A stretch of DNA of 63,644 nucleotides, the filler included, from Olpidium bornovanus S191 (taxonomy: Eukaryota; Fungi; Olpidiomycota): NCBI GenBank assembly GCA_017911155.1. It is 28 parts of 28 records of this genome, joined end to end, with 100 filler letters (N's around TTAATTAATTAA, not from the genome) between each part and the next. Parts side by side here need not be neighbours in the genome. Positions count along the whole stretch, not along the records: positions 57,982 to 61,266 come from JAEFCI010006422.1; positions 61,367 to 63,644 come from JAEFCI010003687.1; 26 more parts are not named here. One strand, 5' to 3'. Below, in pieces: positions 59,030 through 63,644 of the stretch. Numbering within the stretch: the stretch's first letter is position 1; each line of letters begins with the position of its first letter. The translations under genes were made by a program, and so were the position numbers. The notes beneath the pieces are model-generated. The model did no database searches and was not told the DNA's origin. It saw only the letters and a list, made by a program, of their open reading frames with translations.

Positions 59030-61266
59030 ATGCTGGCCCATCAGCACGACGATCAGGCAAGCCACCACCACCACCACCACCACCACCACCACCACCACCA
59101 TCACCAGCAGCAGCAGCAGCAGCAGCACCAGCTCTGCAAGCAGCACCACGCCGCAGCCTTCCACCGGCGTGACCAGGGAGCGCTGCTCGCCGTCCGCTCG
59201 CACCCCGGCCCTGTGCCTGCGGGCGACCTCGCCCCCGCCTTCGCGTCGCCGCCGTCGCCGCCGCCGCACCCGCACCCGCCCCCGCCCCCGCCCCCGTATC
59301 CCGCCGTGCCGCGCGCGATCTACCCGTCGCCCATGGCGACGCCCGCGGCCGCAGTGCCCGACGCCGCCGCGCCGAAGGCCGCTCCGTCGCCCTACGACCT
59401 GGAAGTCGAGAAGCAGAAATACAAGAGCAGGCTCGCCGAGCTTACCTTCAACTCGAAGCCGATCATAAACATGCTGACGAGCGCCGCCCAAGACAGGATG
59501 TACGCCGCGCGGCAGATAGTCCAGGCCATCGAAGAGCACTTGCGAAGCGTACGTCCGAAACGGCCTCGTTCTCCACGGCGCCGACGTGACTGTGTTCCCT
59601 TTCCTTTCGGTTTTCCGGCTGCGGACCACCCCTCCAGAAGCTGTTAGGGCGTATTTTCCTTTGGATCATTCGTTTGCGGTTCGTTGGTCCCCCGGGCCGG
59701 CATGCTCTCGCTACCGCAGCCTTACCGTGCCGGCTTTGACCGTTTTGCTTGACGTCTATCGCCCGCATTCAGGTGGACCCAAGCGTAAAGCTCTGCATGA
59801 TGTACCTCGTAGATTCTATTTGCAAGAATGTCGGCGGCGCCTACATTCCTTTGTTTGCCAGGAACATGGTGCACACGTACCTGGACGTGTACGCGGTGGT
59901 TGACGAGGAGACGCAAGCCAAGCTCGAACGAGTCCTTGGGACCTGGCGCCACGGGCCGACGGGGAGACCGGTGTTCGACCTTTCTCTCGTATCTGCTATC
60001 GAGCACGGTGTTGCGAAGAAGAAGAACGCTTCTGCAGTACGTTTACGGGGTCGCCGGTTGGCTTTTCGCTCTTGTGCCATCTGTGCGGAAAGCCGACGTC
60101 CCCCTGGCCCCCGCTCGAAGAGACGCTGACATTGGGTACATTTTTTCGGTTCATTCTCCCTTTTTTCTCGCCCTCTCCTTTCGTTCAGTCTGTCGGCAAG
60201 AGAAGAGATCACGTGCACACCGTGCAGGCGCAGCCCGGCCATATACCTCTGAGCCCGCACGGAAAGCAATGGCCGTCGGCATCGGCTTACAGCAGCAGTT
60301 ATCCGCACGATTCGGTTAGTGGTGCGCGCGATTGTTTTGGTTTCGGATCGTTTATGCTGTACTTTGCCTTGTCTCCTGCTAGGCGCAGAGTTTTCCGTCG
60401 TTTTTCTGTAAACTCGGCCGGCGCTGTTGTGTATGGCCGGAGAGTCGTACAAGCATTCTCGGAGTTTTCGGACACCTGCATTGCAGATTTCTGGCTTTCC
60501 ACTTGTTCGTCCTTACTTCTAAAGCATTTCGCTTGCGGAGTTGAGGCTGTGCATTCCTGTGGAGGGGAGAAAAATTTCGTGCCAGTAATGACAGCAGAAA
60601 TCGAGGCAGAAACGTGACTGGCCATTAAGGGCTCTTTGGTCGTGCCGTACAGTAGTTGTAAACTACGTAGTTTTCGGTTTCTGTCAATTCGGCAACTGCA
60701 GGATTTTAGACTTAGATAGCCCTCCGCCTTCTACTCTTCCCGTTACGCTCTTCTTTGCCCACAAGTCTCGACTGGCGCTCCTCGACGGTCGGTCTACTCA
60801 CGTTAGCATTTGACCCGCTTTCTTTCCGGTTCTTGCAGCACCCTTCGTATCCCCGTACACCTGTATCATCTGCGGCGTACGGTCAAGGATCCCCGCCGCA
60901 CGAAACGCTCCCTCTATCTATATCTGTTCCGGAAGCGCTTGCGGACCGGACGTCAATTCTTTCGGAGATGCAAGCGCTGTTGAACATCACGCAGCAGAAG
61001 GCGTCGCAAGGCGACCCGATGGCCGCCATGCGAGTCGGGGTATTGCAGCAGGTGAGAGTTTCCAGGTGTTTTTTTTTTACACTGTTGTGTAGTGCCTGTG
61101 GTCTACGACGCAGATTCCGCGTAATGTCGGACTCCCCGCCATCCACCATGCTGCGTTCGTAATTAATGTCCACGCTGTTCGTCTGTCCGCCGTCCGTCGC
61201 GTCAAATTTCCCCCCGCCGGCACAGTTGCAAGGCGTTGTACAGTCCCACCAGCTGCCGCCGTCGCA
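59030..61266 (+). CDS. PCF11: Cleavage/polyadenylation factor Pcf11 (CID domain), multi-exon, 3' truncated
   Basis: YKSRLAELTFNSKPIINMLT...IVQAIEEHL|VDPSVKLCMMYLVDSICKNVGGAYIPLF...KLERVLGTW. Confidence 0.92.
59064..59126 (+). repeat. (CAC)n(CAG)n trinucleotide tract (poly-His/poly-Gln in the PCF11 frame)
   Basis: Directly visible runs of CAC followed by CAG. Confidence 0.88.
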
Positions 61267-61366
61267 NNNNNNNNNNNNNNNNNNNNNNNNNNNNNNNNNN
61301 NNNNNNNNNNTTAATTAATTAANNNNNNNNNNNNNNNNNNNNNNNNNNNNNNNNNNNNNNNNNNNN

Positions 61367-63085
61367 CATGAGCGAGTCTATATCGAACCTTTCACCCATC
61401 CTTGCGTGTTAACCACCAAGGGAAGCGAGCCGTCAAATTCCGCCTGTAGAAGCCGGTAGTTGTTCACCAGAGCACACAGGCATTCGACGTAATACCCCGG
61501 GTCATCCCTCGGGCTCGGCGAGCCAATGTAATGCGCATGCTCGGCATGCGCAAGGTGTGTGTACGGAGGCCCTGTGAAACAACCGCCCTAGTATCAGTCA
61601 ACTGTGTCGAACATCACGTCAACGAGCCACGGCCGCATACAACCTCCGCGATAACGTCAATGCGATGACGATACCTACCCAGCAGCGGGGACGTCACCAT
61701 ATATAATCCAACGATCCCCGGCGGGGAGAATTCAGACTGCCCGATATCAGCCTCGAGAAAACACACACGCGGGTGCTTGCACAGCAGGGAATTGATGAGC
61801 ATCCGAGTAAATGTGGACTTGCCAACGCCCTTGGGTCCACATATGGCGACGGAGAACTCGTGCAGATTTGCCGCCGTGAGACGGTCTAGCGCGTACTTCC
61901 ATAGCGGCGGCACCCGGAGAGCCGTGATGCCAGGCATTGTTCGCAAAATCTGTTTTCAGTTGAGGAGGACTGTCAGCGCAGCGGGTCGAGCCGAGCGCCA
62001 CGGATAAAAAAAAACCAGCAATGCGCCGAGGACGGGGAAAACAAAATCCGAGGATACTTACCGGATAAAACCCGCGCAACTTGATCAAGTGCTCGAACTC
62101 GAGAGACATCCAGGACGCTGATCTGAACAGCTCTCGGTATTCCCTGGAAACGCGCCAAAGCTGGTTCGCACCACACCAGGCCAACCCTCTGAGCACGACG
62201 ACAGCGGCGAACGGCGCCGACTCGCCGTTTCTGGCTCGAAGTACGTCCCACATGTGCCGGACCCGCCGCGCCACCCTGTCCGCCGCGGGGTCAATGAGTT
62301 CCGATGTCGCCCGGCGACAACCGTCTCGCGGTTGCTCGACGGGTTCGATCGTAAGGAGCGCATGACTCCGCGGGGAGTACGCTGGAAAGAACGACAAGGG
62401 CGGCAAAGTTTCAGGCCCGTCGGAACCGCGGAGAGTGTGGCCGCATATCGAGACAGAGCCGACGAACGCAGAAACGAGAACGACGCCTTGAAAGACGAGG
62501 TTCTAAACGGCGCGGCAAGGACAGGTCGGCTGATTGGTATGATCGTTCAGATGCCCGTACGAGCGTAGGGTCGTAGGAGGTAATGTTCTCCTTTGAGAAA
62601 CCTCTGGCGTGACGACGTACCTCGCCTGGTCGAAACCCGACCAAACAAAGCTCCTGCTCGTCTTGCACGGCAACTTGTTCGGACGGCGCATCGGCCGCCA
62701 CGTCTCCCCAGCAGACCACGTTCTGGCTACTCAGGACGATACGGGACGCAACAGCGGCATCCACCGAGCGCTGACTTCTCCCGAAGCGGAACTGCGGGCG
62801 CGGACGCTCGGGTGGCGAGCATTCGGCCAAGGTCAGTTCGGTGTGCTCGCCTTCGCTCCTCCGCCGCTTCTGCGGCGGCTGGCCATTCTCAGGCGCGGGG
62901 TCATCGCCCGTGGTGGACGTCGAGGAAAGGGGGTGAGGTTTCGGCGCGCCGGTCGGCCCGTCCTCGCCGGGGCCGTCGCAGCCGCGTCCGCCCGTCTCCT
63001 CGCCACACTCCGCGGGGGACGGCGGCGACTGCGACCCGCGCCCGGGTCGTGCGTCGTCTGGCTTTGGGGTCTGCGGCGACGCCAT
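61367..63085 (-). CDS. GRC3: Polynucleotide 5'-hydroxyl kinase Grc3/Nol9, N-terminal half, 3' truncated
   Basis: VAICGPKGVGKSTFTRMLINSLL...VCFLEADIGQSEFSPPG...PPYTH...YIGSPSPRDDPGYY; start codon approximate. Confidence 0.92.
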
Positions 63086-63644
63086 TTGCGAGGCGACAAG
63101 GGAGTTTTGGCGGGCGTTTTTTTGTTCGGGGCAGGGCAAAAAAAAAAGGGGGGGGGGGGGAAGGGGGCGGTTGCGACCGTGCAGCAGAACATTTTGCATC
63201 CACGTAACGGGGGTGAGTATGTACAACGAATGTGCCGCACGCAGGGTTACTCCGGATGCTCACCCTAGAAAGATTTTTGTTTAAACTTTCCTGTTAGAGT
63301 TCAGGCATCAGATGCCGAATGAAACAACTGCTGGGAAAAGCGCATCAAAACCCGTGCAACCAGGCCAACTACGTCTGATTCGGACAATTATATGCCGTCG
63401 AAGTTACTTCCGCGGTCTTCCTCCGGCACGTAGCTGGGAGAGGAAAAAAAAGCCTTAAACTTAAATCTATGTGTTTTGTCCTTGAACACAACACTGGACT
63501 TTTATTAAACGCAATTTGCGGATTGGTTATCGCAATTAATTAATTGTTGCATCCTTTTACTCAAATCCAAGTACCTTCAAGAGCGACTTGATCTGAATAG
63601 CCTCTTCTGTTGCTTCGGATGCTGCTATGAACTCTGCTTCCATG

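Overview
This window is not one locus. It is a pseudo-scaffold of 28 short, unrelated contigs (about 1-4.7 kb) joined by 27 identical 100-bp linkers (44 N + TTAATTAATTAA + 44 N, stops in all six frames), so adjacency across linkers has no biological meaning. The DNA is GC-rich, intron-rich and fungal. Genes recognisable by motif, mostly cut by contig ends, include TEL1/ATM, EAF1, PCF11, GRC3/NOL9, GEM1/Miro, GDA1, ISN1, MZM1/LYRM7, an aldehyde dehydrogenase, an ABCA transporter, a PAQR/IZH protein, a Clr2-like protein, an SDR, a secreted histidine phosphatase, a GPI-anchored protein, tRNA-Arg(UCU) and several decayed Ty1/copia and Ty3/gypsy fragments. A CYB5D1 homolog (flagellum-associated) points to a zoosporic early-diverging fungus; Olpidium-like or chytrid-like is my guess, not verified. 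The standout is contig 20 (37753-41373, minus). Splicing it by hand (one GT-AG and one GC-AG intron) turns the 1008-aa 'hypothetical' ORF into an 8-TM-type fungal enzyme rhodopsin (CyclOp/RGC-like). It carries a roughly 900-aa N-terminal extension with a PB1-like domain, and helix C reads RYFQWAFTHP, with Gln at the primary counterion position. The gene is truncated before the retinal-binding Lys and any cyclase domain. About a third of contig ends fall at CATG, suggesting a restriction-based library artefact.
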